A stretch of 62,265 nucleotides of DNA, counting the filler, from Chiloscyllium plagiosum (taxonomy: Eukaryota), in assembly GCF_004010195.1 (NCBI RefSeq). It is 3 parts of one record of this genome, joined end to end, with 100 filler letters (N's around TTAATTAATTAA, not from the genome) between each part and the next. Parts side by side here need not be neighbours in the genome. Positions count along the whole stretch, not along the records: positions 1 to 31,266 come from NC_057715.1; positions 31,367 to 57,748 come from NC_057715.1; 1 more part is not named here. One strand, written 5' to 3'. Below are positions 28,476 through 40,894 of this stretch, one piece after another; positions within the stretch are counted from its first letter, which is position 1; every line of letters starts with the position of its first letter. The notes below the pieces were generated by a model. The model worked only from the letters and a program-made list of their open reading frames with translations. It was not told the origin of the DNA and ran no database searches. Position numbers and translations under genes: made by a program.

Positions 28476-28777
28476 AGCTGGAGCAAAAAGTGAGAGAAGG
28501 AGAAATTTTTTAAAAAATGTACAGAAAGAAGGCTTGAAAATAACAAAGCTTGAAAGAGAATGGAGGTGGAATTAAAGTCTTGAACTCAAGAGATAGGGAA
28601 AATAGGCAACAGGATTTGGCGAGAGGAAATCTTCGTGAAGAAGGAAAGCAGAGGTAGTATCTCAGAAGATAACTCTTATTCCATTGGCATTTTGATTTCA
28701 CTAAAAATCTACATTTACTGCCTAAGTATACTTAGAATGGAGTCAAACAATATTTTACCTCATTTGGTAAGGGGGCT

Positions 28778-28952
28778 ATGATGTGGAAATGCTGGTGTTG
28801 GACTGGGGTGGACAAAGTCAGAAGTCACATGACATCAAGTTATGGTCCAACAGGTTTATTTAAAATCACATGCTTTTGGAGCGCTGCTCCTTTGTCAGGT
28901 GAAGTGCTTCAAATAAACCTGTTGGCCAATAACATGGTGTCATGTGATTTCT
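28778..28952. mobile_element. Penelope pLTR fold-back mini-insertion
   Basis: ccaacaggtttattt ... aaataaacctgttgg inverted; decayed hammerhead. Confidence 0.7.
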
Positions 28953-29355
28953 GGAAGGGCAACTGAGCAGACAAAGTGGCCAAAAAATGTTTGGAACACG
29001 ATCTCACTGTTGGAGTATTTTGACAGGTACAGCTGGGACTGTGGACACTACTTTGTTTGTAAAACAACCTGTGGATTATGAAACTGTTACAAAAGCCATC
29101 CTCAATCCTTATGACCTTGCCCCTGAAGCTTATGAATTAATATTTAGAACGACAATGAAGACATCCAATCTGACCTTTATCAAATTTGCAAGTGCGAAAG
29201 AAAGCTGTGGGATCAATAGACTAGATCACTGATATTGGACAAAAAATGAGAATGTAAGTGAAATTGTGATGATGAAAGAATTCCAAAAATGGCATTCCTG
29301 AAAACCTAAAAATGTACTGAGATGAGATTTAAGTATCAAAGATCAGCGAAGCAAG

Positions 29356-29577
29356 AGCTCAGAGTCAAAACGTCGTGGAAAAGTACAGCTAGTCAGGCAG
29401 AATCCGAGGAGCAGGAGAGTCGACGCTTTGAGCATAAGCTCTTCAGCATTTCTGATAAAGAGCTTATGCTTGAAACATCAGTTCTCCTGCTCTTTGGATG
29501 CTGCCTGACCGGCCGTGCTTTTCCAGCACCACACTTTTTGACTCTGATCTCCAGCATCTGCAGTCCTCACTTGCTCC
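29356..29577. mobile_element. Penelope pLTR fold-back mini-insertion
   Basis: cagagtcaaaa...agcataagctctt / aagagcttatgct...ttttgactctg inverted; hammerhead remnants on both arms. Confidence 0.78.
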
Positions 29578-30994
29578 AAAGCAGCAGCTGAGGCAGGTAA
29601 CTATGATATCTCTCACAGACAGTTACAAGTGGGGAGATGGTCAAATGAGAATTCACCAGGAAAGTGGAGGAATAAGAGGTCTGTAGATGGAATAAATACT
29701 GGTTTTAGGGAACAAACAGTGATACCAAAATAATAAAGTAGAAACCAAAAAGTTATACAAAGAAAGTAATATACTTCCATGGACATGCCAAAGCCAGTTG
29801 TTGGATGTTAAAGAGATTGTAGTGGTAGGAATGTGCTATTGAATACACAGAAAAGAGGGCATTAGGAAAGGAAATCGGAGTTAAAACAGTGTCATAGTAC
29901 AAACATAACGTGTTTATTTAGAATGTATTAAAAATGGAGAGATGACTCAGGATTGTCAAAAAACCCTGTTTTGAACATTGATAAAGTGAATTAGCGCTCA
30001 GGATTCTGAATATTTTATCTCAAAGGAGAGTTTTTCATTATGCTTCAAATCAAAAAGATAAACCAATAAAGATGTCATGAGACACTGGAGCAAGTCAGTT
30101 ATTGATACTGGATGATGATACATTTGTCTTCCAGAGAAGTTAATGAAGGAAAAGATATTAATTGGACGTATACACAAAGGTCTCAAACCAGGTCCAAGAT
30201 ATAGAGTTGCATTAAAGAGTGATTTAGTAAATGGAGAATTTGTGGTTGGAATAATGAAACAAATCGCCAAGGCAGGTATTGATTTTATCTTGGGAAATGG
30301 TTTGGCTGATTCAGAAATATTGGCCTCACTGAGTGTGATAAAAGTACTTGCAGCTGAGGTAAACGAAACTGAGATTCCAAAGGAGGAACATCCTGGATTA
30401 CTTCCTAACTGATGGAATGAGATCTTGAGGATATAAAATAATACAGGAAGAAGAGGAGTCTATGAGAGAGAGAGATGGTTTGGAAATTCATATTTCGGAT
30501 GCAATTTTTTAAAACCACATTTGTTTTAAAAAGATAAGGTCCTCGAAGATTACAAAGAGATCTTGATCAATTGGATCAATGGTCTTAGGAGTGTAGATGG
30601 CATTTAATTTGAATAGTGTGAACTGTTGCATAGTGGTAATACAAACAAGGACAGGTCTTATACAATTAATAATAGGTCCTTGGGTAGTGTTGTAGAACAG
30701 AGGGACCTCACGTTTGCATCACAGGTGGACAGAGAAGTTAAGAAGGTGTTTAGCACGCTTGCCTTCAATGTTCAGACCTTTGAGTATCAGAGTTGAAACA
30801 TCATATCAAGGTTGTATGGAACATTTGTGAGGCCGGAAAGACTGGCAATTTTTACACTGAGGCTTAGGAGGCTGCGGGGTGACCTCACTGAGGTTTATAA
30901 AATCATGTGGGCCATGGATAAGGTAATGACAAGGGTCTTTTCCCTAGGGTGGGAGAGTTCAAAACTAGAGGGCATATTTTTAAAGTGAGAAGAG

Positions 30995-31805
30995 AAATAG
31001 ACAATAGACAATAGGTTCAGGAGTAGGCCATTCAGCCCTTCAAGCCTGCACCGCCATTCAATATGATCATGGCTGATCATTCCTAATCAGTATCCTCTTC
31101 CTGCCTTATCTCCATAACCCTTGATTCCACTATCTTTGAGAGCTCTATCCAACTCTTTCTTAAATGAATCCAGAGACTGGGCCTCCACTGCCCTCTGGGG
31201 CAGAGCATTCCACACAGCCACCACTCTCTGGGTGAAGAGGTTTCTCCTCATCTTTGTCCTAAATGGNNNNNNNNNNNNNNNNNNNNNNNNNNNNNNNNNN
31301 NNNNNNNNNNTTAATTAATTAANNNNNNNNNNNNNNNNNNNNNNNNNNNNNNNNNNNNNNNNNNNNTCCCTTACCAACAAGGCCACCCCATCCCCTCTGC
31401 CCGTCAGTCTGTCCTTACGATAGCACGTGTAGCCTTGAATATTCATTTCCCGGGCCCTGTCCACTTGAAGCCACGTCTCAGTTATCCCCACAATATCGTA
31501 TCTGCCAATTTCCAAAAGAGCCTCAAGCTCATCCATCTTATGTCTAATGCTTCGTGCATTCATGTATAGTATTTTTAATTTGTTACTGCTCTCACCCTTC
31601 CCATCAACTCCTATTTCACTCAACCTTACAGCATGATCCCTTTCCGAGTTTTCTGCCTCATTGATACAGTTGTCTTTCTTGACTTCTCTTGTTCTAACTA
31701 TCCCTTCAATTTCCTTTTTAAACATCCAGTTTGTCCCCCCCCCCCCCCCACCGCTACTTAGTTTAAATGTAGCGGTGTTGCAGTAGAAAACCTGCCTGCC
31801 AGATG
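30995..31805 (-). mobile_element. Young CR1 (ORF1 end, ORF2 endonuclease start, gap, 3' UTR) nested in a + strand CR1 fragment (about 30540-32055)
   Basis: LAGRFSTATPLHLN* then ORF2 KLKILYMNARSIRHKMDELEALLEIGRYDIVGITETWL; 3' UTR at about 30995-31266. Confidence 0.88.
31267..31366. other. Assembly gap / artificial spacer
   Basis: 44 N + TTAATTAATTAA + 44 N. Confidence 0.97.
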
Positions 31806-33139
31806 CAGAAAGTTTTAAATCGGACCTGAAAGAGGCAACGTTTTGCACAGAGAGTGGTTCGTGTGTGGGATGAACTGCCACAGAAAGTGGTGGATGCAGG
31901 AACAGTTACAACATAGAAGACATTTGGATAAATAGATGAAAAGGAAATGTTTGGAGGGATATGGGCCAAGCCAAGCAGGTGGGACTGGTTTAGTTTGAGA
32001 ACATGGTCAGTGCGCACTGGTTGGACCAAGGGGTCTGTTTCCATACTGTATGACTTCAAAGGTAAAGAGAATGAGGTTGACATGTTTAACATACCTTCTT
32101 GAATAGAAATACAACAAATGGATCCTGAGTTGAAGAGTTATACCAAGTAACCTATTCCAAAACTGAACCAGAACAATACCTGACTGTTAGCACTTAAGAG
32201 ACAAACATTAATGAGAAAATGGAGACCACCTCCAATACCAGCTGATAAGGAACAAGCAGTAGTCTATCAGGTGATAGTTTCCTCTGAGATTCATAATGAA
32301 ATGTTATAAGAAAGTCACAAATTCCAAAGGCAGGTCACTCAGATCTTATGGAAATGCAGGCTAAAATATTAAAACGTTTTTTTGTGTAAACTTTAAATGA
32401 AGTGATAAAAATATTTCCAGAAATGACATTGTGGGAAAACCCCATCCATTAACTAAACCTGTGGCTTTAATCCCAGTCCCAGCATTTGAAGAATCATTTA
32501 GTAGGGTCTGAACAGATTGTCTAGGTCCCATACCTAAATCTAGCAATGGAAGTCAATATCTTTTAACAATTACAGATGTTTCAGCAAGGTTTCCTAAAGC
32601 AATGCCTTTAGGAAAAGTCAATACAAAAAACGGTTGTGAAAACATTTTATCAATTTTTTACAAGTAGGCAATACCCAGAGAAATATAATCAGATAAAGGT
32701 TCAACTTTTGTCACAAATATTCAAAGAAAAGATGGCTAGTTTAGGAATAAAACAATTTCCATCCTTTGCTCATCACCCACAATCTCAAGGTGCATTGGAA
32801 AAATGGCACCAAACTTTGCAGACCCAGATTTGAGCTGATTGTTAAGAACGTCCCAGTGATTGTGATAAAGGAATTCCTTAGTTACTGTGCACCATTACGG
32901 TGTTTCTGATGTGTCCATAGGCTTCAGTCCTTTTAACCTGATGTAGAACATGAGACAGTGACCCCTTAAAGAAAAATTGATAAACCAAAGCTCAAAGACT
33001 GCATTTGCAGCCTCTGTTTTAAGCTATAGAGAGAAACTAAAAAAAGTATATAAGTTTAGCCAAAAAGCAGTTGAAGAGTGCTCATAAACAATGAGAAATA
33101 CAGCAAATAAAAAGGCCCAAGTTTGAAATATTTTGTTTG

Positions 33140-36100
33140 AATTTGTTCAACAAATGTGGGCATCACTGATTGGGCCAGCACTTATTGCCCATCCCTTGAG
33201 AAGGTGTTGGTACACTGTCTTCTTGAGACAACCAATGTCCATTTGTTGTAGGTAGACCCACAATGCCCCTTGGGAGGGAATTCCCAGAGACAGTGAGGGA
33301 ACGCTGATATATTTCCAAGCCAGGATGGTGAATGACTTGAAGAGGAAATTGCAGGTGGTGGTGTTCCCATGTATCTGTTGGCCTTGTCCTTCATGATGGC
33401 AATGCTCATGGGTTTGGAAGGTGCTGTCTAGGGAGCTTGATGAATTTCTGCAGTGTATCTTGTAGATAGTACACAGTGCTGCTACTGAGTATTAGTGGTA
33501 GAGGGAGTGAATGGTTGTGTTGGGGTATCATCCAAGCAGGCTGCTTTGTCCTGGATGTCATGTTTTTTGAGGGTTGTTTGAACTGCATCCATCCAGGCAA
33601 GTAGAGTGTATTCCATCAGACTCTTGAGTTATGCCTTGTAGATGTTGGACAGGCTTAGGGGAGTCAGGAGGTGAGTTACTCACTGCAAGACCCCTAGTCT
33701 CTGACCTGCTTTTGTTGCCACAGTAATTATATGATTAGTCTTATTCAGTACTTGCTCAATGGTTACCCACTCAGGATGTGGTTGGTGAGGGCTTCTGTGA
33801 TAGTACTGCCATATAATGTCAAAGGGTGATGTTTAGATTCTCTCTTATTTGGAAATGATCATCGTCATTTGTGTAGCGTAAATGTTACTTGTCACATCTC
33901 AGTCCAAACCTGGATATCATTACTTTCATTTTCTCTCCTAATATTTAACAAAGTCTTCACTAAAACTCGCTTTTGTAGCCATAACCTTTCCATTCAAATC
34001 TGGGCATTGTCTGGGTCTATAAGGCATAGCAGCAGATGTAGACCATCCAGACCATCAAGTCCACCCCATCACTCAATACGGTCATAGCTGGTGTGATAAG
34101 CCTCAAATGTGATTCCCAACTCACTACTGCATGGCAATTTTGACACGAGCAGGTACATGTACAATATAGACAAGAGAAGTTAGGCTTACTCACCTTGGAG
34201 AAGAGTGAATCAACAGAAAATGTTTCCACTGGCAGGAAATTTAGTAAACATAGCTCGTAGATTTAAGGTAATCAGCACAGATGTTTGAGAGATGAGGAGA
34301 AACTTACTCATGCAGATAGTTGTTATGATCTGGAATTCACTGCCTGATAGATCACATTCAGTGGGACTTTTCAAAAACAAATTAGAAGAGAGAAAGAGCA
34401 GAGGCAGTGGGAATACTTGGCTAGCTCTTTCAAAGAGCTAACATAGACACAATGGGCTGAATGACCTCCCAATGAATGTAGGAGGAGAAGTAGGCCATTC
34501 AGCCCATCAAGTCTGCTCTACCATTCAATGGGATCTTGGCTAATCTGGTAATCTTCCACTCCACTGTCCTGCCTTTTCCCCAATTCCCTTGATTTGCTTC
34601 CTAATTCAAAATCTGTCTGTGTCAGCCTTGAATATAAAGTTATCTTAAAGTTATGGAGACAATGCTTCACAACCCAGCCTCTAAAGTGCTCTGTAGTAAA
34701 GCATTATACAGATTCACTACCCTCTGAAAGAAGAAATTCCTTCATATCTCTGACTTGAATGGGCAATGTCTCATTCTGAGATGGTGCCCCCAGTCCTAAA
34801 CTCTCCCACAAGAGGAAACAACCTCTCTTGACTTACCCTATCAGGTTTCCTCAGAGTCATGTACGTTGACTAAGTCTTTTCTCATTCTTCTGAACTTCAA
34901 TGAGCACGGTCAACCTCCTCAACCCTTCCTTCTGAGACAGTCCTTCCATATTTCAGAGCAGCCTAGTGAACCTTCTCTGGACTGCCTCAAATGCCAGAAT
35001 ATCTTTCCTTAGATAAGGGGACCAAAATTGTTCACAGTACTCCAGGTGTGGTCTGACACATGCCTTGTATAGTTGTAGCAAGACCTTTCTATTTTTATGT
35101 TCAATTTCATTTGAAATAAAGACTGACATTCTATTTGCTTTCCCTATTTCCTGCTAAACTTGGATGACTTATACAACTTCTTGTAATTTATATACAAGGA
35201 CTCCCAAATCCCTCTGTACTGTAGCCTTCCACAATCTTTGTGCGTTTAATATATCATTCAGCTGAAACATTCTTCCTGTCAAAGTTCATAATCTCACATT
35301 TTTACACATTATATCCCATTAACTAAGTTTTTGCCAACCCGCTTAACCTGCCTATGTCCCCTTACAAACTCTTTCTGCCATCCTCAGCACCTGCTTTCCC
35401 ACTTATTTTTGTCTTCTTACATATGGACGTGGACTGCTTCTGTATTTGAGAAGTCACAAATAGTTCTGAACATTGTGCAGTCATCATTGAACATCCTTAC
35501 TTCTGATCTTATGATGGAGGGAAGGTCATCAATGAAACAACTGAAGATGGTTGGGACCAGGACACTACCCTGAAGATTTCCTGCTGAGATGATTAACCTT
35601 CACCAACCAACTCCCTTTGTGCTAGTTATGACTCTAACCAGAATAAAGTTTTCCCTGGACTCTCATTATCTCCAATTTTATTTGGCTTCCTTGATGCCAG
35701 ACTTGGTCAAATGCAGCCTTGCTATCAATTGCAGTCACTCTCACTTTACCTCTTGCATTCAGCTCTTTTGTCCATGTTTAAACTAAGGCTATAATGATGT
35801 CAGGAACTAAGTGGCCTTGTGCATCGTTGAGCAGTTAATGCTGAGCAGGTGCTATTTGATAGTACTGTTAATGACAGCAGACTGATGGGACGGTAATTGG
35901 CTGAGTTGGATTTGTCCTGCTTTTTGTATACAGGATATACCTGGGCAAATTTCCACAATGTTGGGAAGATGCCAGTGTTATAGTTGTACTGGGATGGCTT
36001 TGCTAGACATGTGGCAAGTTCTGGAGCACAAGTCTTCAGTACTATTGCCAGAGTGTTGTCAGGGCCCATGACTTTTGTAATGTAAGCCATTTACTGATAT

Positions 36101-36520
36101 TATATGGAGTAAATGAAATGGCTGAAGATTAATATCTGTGGTGCTGAGGATCTCTGGAGAAGTCAAGATGCATCACTGATTCAGCATTACAGGCTGAAGA
36201 TTGTTGCAAATGATTTGGCCTTATCTTTCACACTGACATGCTAGGCTCCCTCATTTTTGAAGATAGGGATTTTTTGTGGAGCCTCCTCTTTCAGTGAGTT
36301 CTTTAATTGTCCACCAGCAGTCACAACAAGATGTGGCAGGACTACAGAGCTTAGATCTGATTTGTTGGGTGTGGAATCTCTAAGGCTCGGTCTATTACTT
36401 GTTGCTTCTGCTGTTTGACATAAAAAGTTGTCCCGTCTTAGAGCTTCACCAGATTGACATCTTATTTTTCAGTGTATCATGTGCTGCTCCTAGTATGCCC
36501 TCCTATACTCTTCATTGAAC
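33140..36520 (-). mobile_element. CR1/L2-group LINE remnant with a nested CR1 (about 34475-35420)
   Basis: ORF 35800..36090 GPDNTLAIVLKTCAPELATCLAK...KKQDKSNSANYRPISLLS. Confidence 0.75.
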
Positions 36521-37411
36521 CTTCATTGTTGCTGAAGACATATTCTTGCCTGTCTGTGGGGAACCATAAATAATAAGTTTTATTGGACTTAATTGAATAA
36601 AAAAGACTCAATAATATAAATTATGTATTGAGTACTGCCGACCAAATAAATAATCAGCAAGTATGTCATATTAACATGTTAAAGAGATATTATGACTTGG
36701 AGGATTGTGTATTTATGGTAGTGAAATTAAAACATCAGTGCAATTGGATAATGAATTAGCAATTGAAAATTCAAAAGTTGATTTTCTAAAAATCAGATTG
36801 ATAATAATAAGAGGTGCTTAAACAGTTAGATAATTTAATGGAAGATTAGCTATCTAAGTTACTTGTGAACGTTATTACAGACTCATAAATCAATTTGTGT
36901 GACTAGGCCGGAAAAGCATCATTGGCTGTTCATGATGTTAATGTAAGGGGAGGATTACTGATAAAATAACATCCTTACAGACTCAATCCTGACAAATTAG
37001 CTCATGTGAGGGAATAGATTTTACATTATTGAACCTAATCCAAGTAGTTGGAGCTCGTTTATCACGATGGTGCCAGAATCAGATGGGTCACAAAGATTAC
37101 AAAGTTAACTTGGTAACTAAAGCAAACTCTGTCCTATTTCAAGATTGGAGAGCTGTATTGAAAGAATTGGACAATATCAACTTACCAAAAGGATATTGGG
37201 AAGACCCACTAAATGATAGAACTGGAGAATTATCAGCTAGATTTTATGAAAGCAAAGTCATACTTTTTGGGATATGAATGCACCGGCAATGTTCAGTTTA
37301 AAATCTACAACTCTAAAAATCGTGGAGACAATGCCATGTATACACAGCACAAGATTTTGATTTTTTTTTGCCTAAGATTTGGAGCTTAGAATTGTTTGTT
37401 GGAGTTTATTA

Positions 37412-37553
37412 GAGCTGAAAATGTGTTGCTGGAAAAGCGCAGCAGGTCAGGCAGCATCCAAGGAACAGGAGAATCGACGTTTCGGGCATAAGCCCTTCTT
37501 CAGGAATGAGAGGTTCATTCCTGAAGAAGGGCTTACCGAAACGTCGATTCTCC
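37412..37553. mobile_element. Penelope pLTR fold-back with two opposed hammerhead motifs, inserted in the Gypsy RNase H
   Basis: 15-bp TSD tgttggagtttatta at 37397-37411 and 37554-37568; inverted arms around a gaggt loop. Confidence 0.88.
37476..37503 (-). ncRNA. Minimal (Penelope-type) hammerhead ribozyme motif
   Basis: Minus strand CUGAAGA-A-GGGC-uuau-GCCC-GAAACGUC: intact core, stem II and palindromic ACGU stem III; + strand copy at 37521-37545 has a 3-nt stem II deletion. Confidence 0.7.
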
Positions 37554-38354
37554 TGTTGGAGTTTATTACTCCAGCTATACAATTTAAAATCATTCATGTA
37601 CCTGAATAGACAATATTCTGGCTAATGCTATATTTAGGGTGCACATGAGCAAAAATGAACACTGTGACCCAGTTAGACTTGTGTAAGATCTGGCTGTCAG
37701 GAAAGGCATTGTGTGTTCAATGTTAATATATTATTATTGTTAATCTAATTTAGAAATTATGTTTTTAAAAAAATGAGAGTGCTTGTTGAGGATATATTGT
37801 TATCCTCATTCATGGAATGCATGATGAGATGTGTGATATATATATAGAGAGAGAAAATCAGTCATTTTTATAGCTTGGATTTTAGAAGTGTGGCATATTG
37901 AGGTGGTTACTTTGGTGAAGTGACTTCAAAGTAAAACAAGTTCATACAGTCCTTCAGTAACACTGACTTAATTTAGTATATATTAGGGAGCATGGGGCCC
38001 TGGAGTGCCAATGGAAGATTGTTTTAACTGTGATAGTTTACAATGGGTGCAGTAAACATTGAAAGCCCTTTATTCGATTTGGTTCAGGATAATTAAGGAT
38101 TGATTTTAGCTTGGAAATCTCAGAGATTGAGAGCTTTGAGAGGAATTAGTAAAAAAATCTGACTGGGGTCAGAAGCAAATATAATTTCTCTCCAAGAAAT
38201 GGGTGTCAAATGGCTCAGGGAAAACAACCACACTAGATGTAGTGATTAGGACAAGAAGAGCCAGGTGGATCTTGTTGAGTATGAGATCCCTGATTTGGGC
38301 TGTTAACCTGAGCAAATCAGGAAGCTCTGGCTGACAGATGTAAACTGGAGTCTC

Positions 38355-38693
38355 CCGCAGGGAGTGGAGTGCATTATTTCCCCCTCCAACTCTATTTTGA
38401 TTTAGTCCCTGCCCTCCCCTTCACTGTTTGATCACACAGCATTGCCCTTTGATGTGAAGGGCACTGCTTGTCACTGGCCACTCGGGTGTTTTCCTTTCTT
38501 CCTGGTGGTGGAAATTGAATAAAGATTCGTACACCTTGTGTCTCTCACTGTGTCTCTCACCTGCGCGCACACACACAACGTGAGTGCTGGGGAAAAATAA
38601 GCACTACTGCAGTGAGGCGGTAGTGTGGGGTTAAAAAACAGATAAAGAAGTGTCAGAGGTTCTGCTAAAAAAAGAAAAAAAAGAAAAAATAAA
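38355..38693 (+). mobile_element. 5'-truncated Tx1-like (L1 clade) LINE in the 5' LTR
   Basis: PQGVECIISPSNSILI*, 3' UTR with aataaa, A-rich tail; 14-bp TSD taaactggagtctc at 38341-38354 and 38694-38707. Confidence 0.8.
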
Positions 38694-39534
38694 TAAACTG
38701 GAGTCTCAGAGAGTCTTCTCACTCCAGGATCTGGATCGGAGCTAGCTGGTCAAAGCCCATGTCCTGTGCTTGTGTAAATAAAGGGTGACTTGCTGGCTGC
38801 ATACCACTGCATACCATTGTGTAGTTATTTCAGTGGTGGCGAGAGCAAACAATATGCTCCTGACAAAAATTCACTCACAGCAATCATTTTTGATTCTGGG
38901 TAAGCATTTCTGGCCTCATGCCTTTATTTGGGAAGCTATACTTGTTTGATCCTGCTGTCAAAGACTGTGCCAAAGTGTGTGGAAAGAATATGTTTTTTCC
39001 CTGGACAAATTACGCTGGGGCCAGAGGAAAGCAACAAGTAATTCACCTGACAGCTTGTCGACCTGCAACGATTTGAGTTATTAGGAGCCTTACTTTCCCT
39101 GAGGCACCAGATACTAAAACCTTTCAAGTGTTGACAGATTTAGTCAAGGAATGCTACCTCCTCAAGCCTCCTCTAATTCTGAGACACTATTGGTTTTATT
39201 CTGCAGTCTGAAAATGAGGGGAATCCATATCATTTCTTTTTGACGCAATTAGGACAACTGGCAGAGGCATGTGATTTTGGGTTAACCCTGAATGAGATGC
39301 TGAGAGGCCATTTGGTGTGTGGGATTAAAGATGTAACCATGCAAAAACACCTGAGGCAAAGGAGGAATGTCTCCTGAGGTGCTCCAGTTGCGTGAGACAG
39401 GCTCTGGTCCAGTACCCGCCACCTATGTCCTCGTCAGAGTCAAAGGAACCAGACTTGGGGTGAAATGTTCCAGGGCAAGCTACAAGAAAACAAACAGGCC
39501 AACATCCCTGGACTTGAGGAGAAGGGATGTAGTC

Positions 39535-40275
39535 AGGAGTGTGGTTCTGGAAAAGCACAGCAGGTCAGGCAGCATCCGAGGAGCAGGAAAATCGATGTTC
39601 GAGACAAAAGCCCTTCATCAGGAATGAGACTAGGAGACTGGGTGGAGAGATAAATGGGAGGGGGATGGGGCTGGGGAGAGGGTAGCTGAGAGTGAAATAG
39701 GTGGATGGGAGTGGGGGTAAAGGTGATAGGTCGGGGGTTGGAGCGAATAGGTGGGAAAGAAGATGGACAGATGGGACAGGTCATGAGGACAGTACTGAGC
39801 TGGAAGGTTGGAACTGGGGTAAGGTGGGGGGGAGGGGAAGTGAAGAAACTGGTGAAATCCACATTAGTGCCATGTCCACATGGCACTAATGGAAGGTCTC
39901 GAAGCGGAAGATGAGATCTTCTTCCTCCAGGCATTGGCCGGTAAGGGAGTGGTGATGGAGGAGGCCCTGGACCTGCATGTCCTCAGCTGATTGGGAGGGG
40001 GAGTTGAAGTGTTCAGGGGTATTGGGGTTGTTTGGTGTGAGTGTCCTGGAGATGTTTTCTAAAGCTCTCTGCAAGTAGGCGTCCTATATCCCCAATATAG
40101 AGGAGACTGCATTGGGAACAATGGATACTGTAAATGACATGTGGAAGTGCAGGTGAAACTTTGATGGGTGTGGAAGGCTCCTTTGGGGCCTTGGACGGAG
40201 GTGAGGGGGGAGCTGTGGGCGCAAGTTTTGCATTTCCTGTGGCAGCAGCGGAAGGTGCCAGGACAGGAGGATGGG
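39535..40275 (-). mobile_element. Penelope-like 3' fragment (GIY-YIG and hammerhead) inside the Gypsy internal region
   Basis: VIYSIHCSQCSLLYIGDIGRLLAESFRKHL; minus-strand CTGATGAagggcttttg about 39600-39625. Confidence 0.82.
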
Positions 40276-40405
40276 TTATTAGGGGGAGGGATGTAATGAT
40301 TGGAATGATGTTAGCCAGGTGAATCTTGTTGAGTATGAAAACACTGATTGGTGTTGTTAACCTAAACCAATCAGCAAGTCTTGACAAACATATAAATGGG
40401 AACCT

Positions 40406-40894
40406 TGCCTGCCCTCTTCCGCGGTTACGTTAGAGCCCGGGTGTCCTTGGAGAAGGAGCACGCGGTGTCGACCAACACCCTGGAGTTGTTCAGGGAGAGG
40501 TGGGCGCCGCAGGGAGTGGAGTGCATCATTTCTCCCTCCAACTCTATTTTGATTTAGTCCCTACCCTCCCCCTCACTGTTTTGATCACACAGCACTGCCC
40601 TTTGATGTGAAGGGCAGTGTTTGTCACTGGCCACCCAGGTGTTTTCCTATCTTCCTGGTGGTGGAAATTGAATAAAGATTCGTGCACCTTGTGTCTCTCA
40701 CTGTGTCTCACACCTGCACACACACAAAAAAAATTTAATAAAATGGGAACCTAGGTGGTAGTGTGGGGGTTAAATTAAGAAAAAGAAAAGAAAAGAAAAT
40801 AAATAGGATGGTAAAGGCACTGCTTGTCATTGGCCACTCAGGTGTTTCTTTTCTGCCTGGTGGTGGAAGCTGAATAAAGATTTGTAAAAAAAAA
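40406..40894 (+). mobile_element. Two tandem 5'-truncated Tx1-like inserts in the 3' LTR (about 40406-40737 and 40753-40894)
   Basis: LFRGYVRARVSLEKEHAVSTNTLELFRERWAPQGVECIISPSNSILI* (stop 40555-40557); aaatgggaacct occurs three times (40394-40405, 40741-40752, 40897-40908), the last two after A-tails. Confidence 0.8.
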
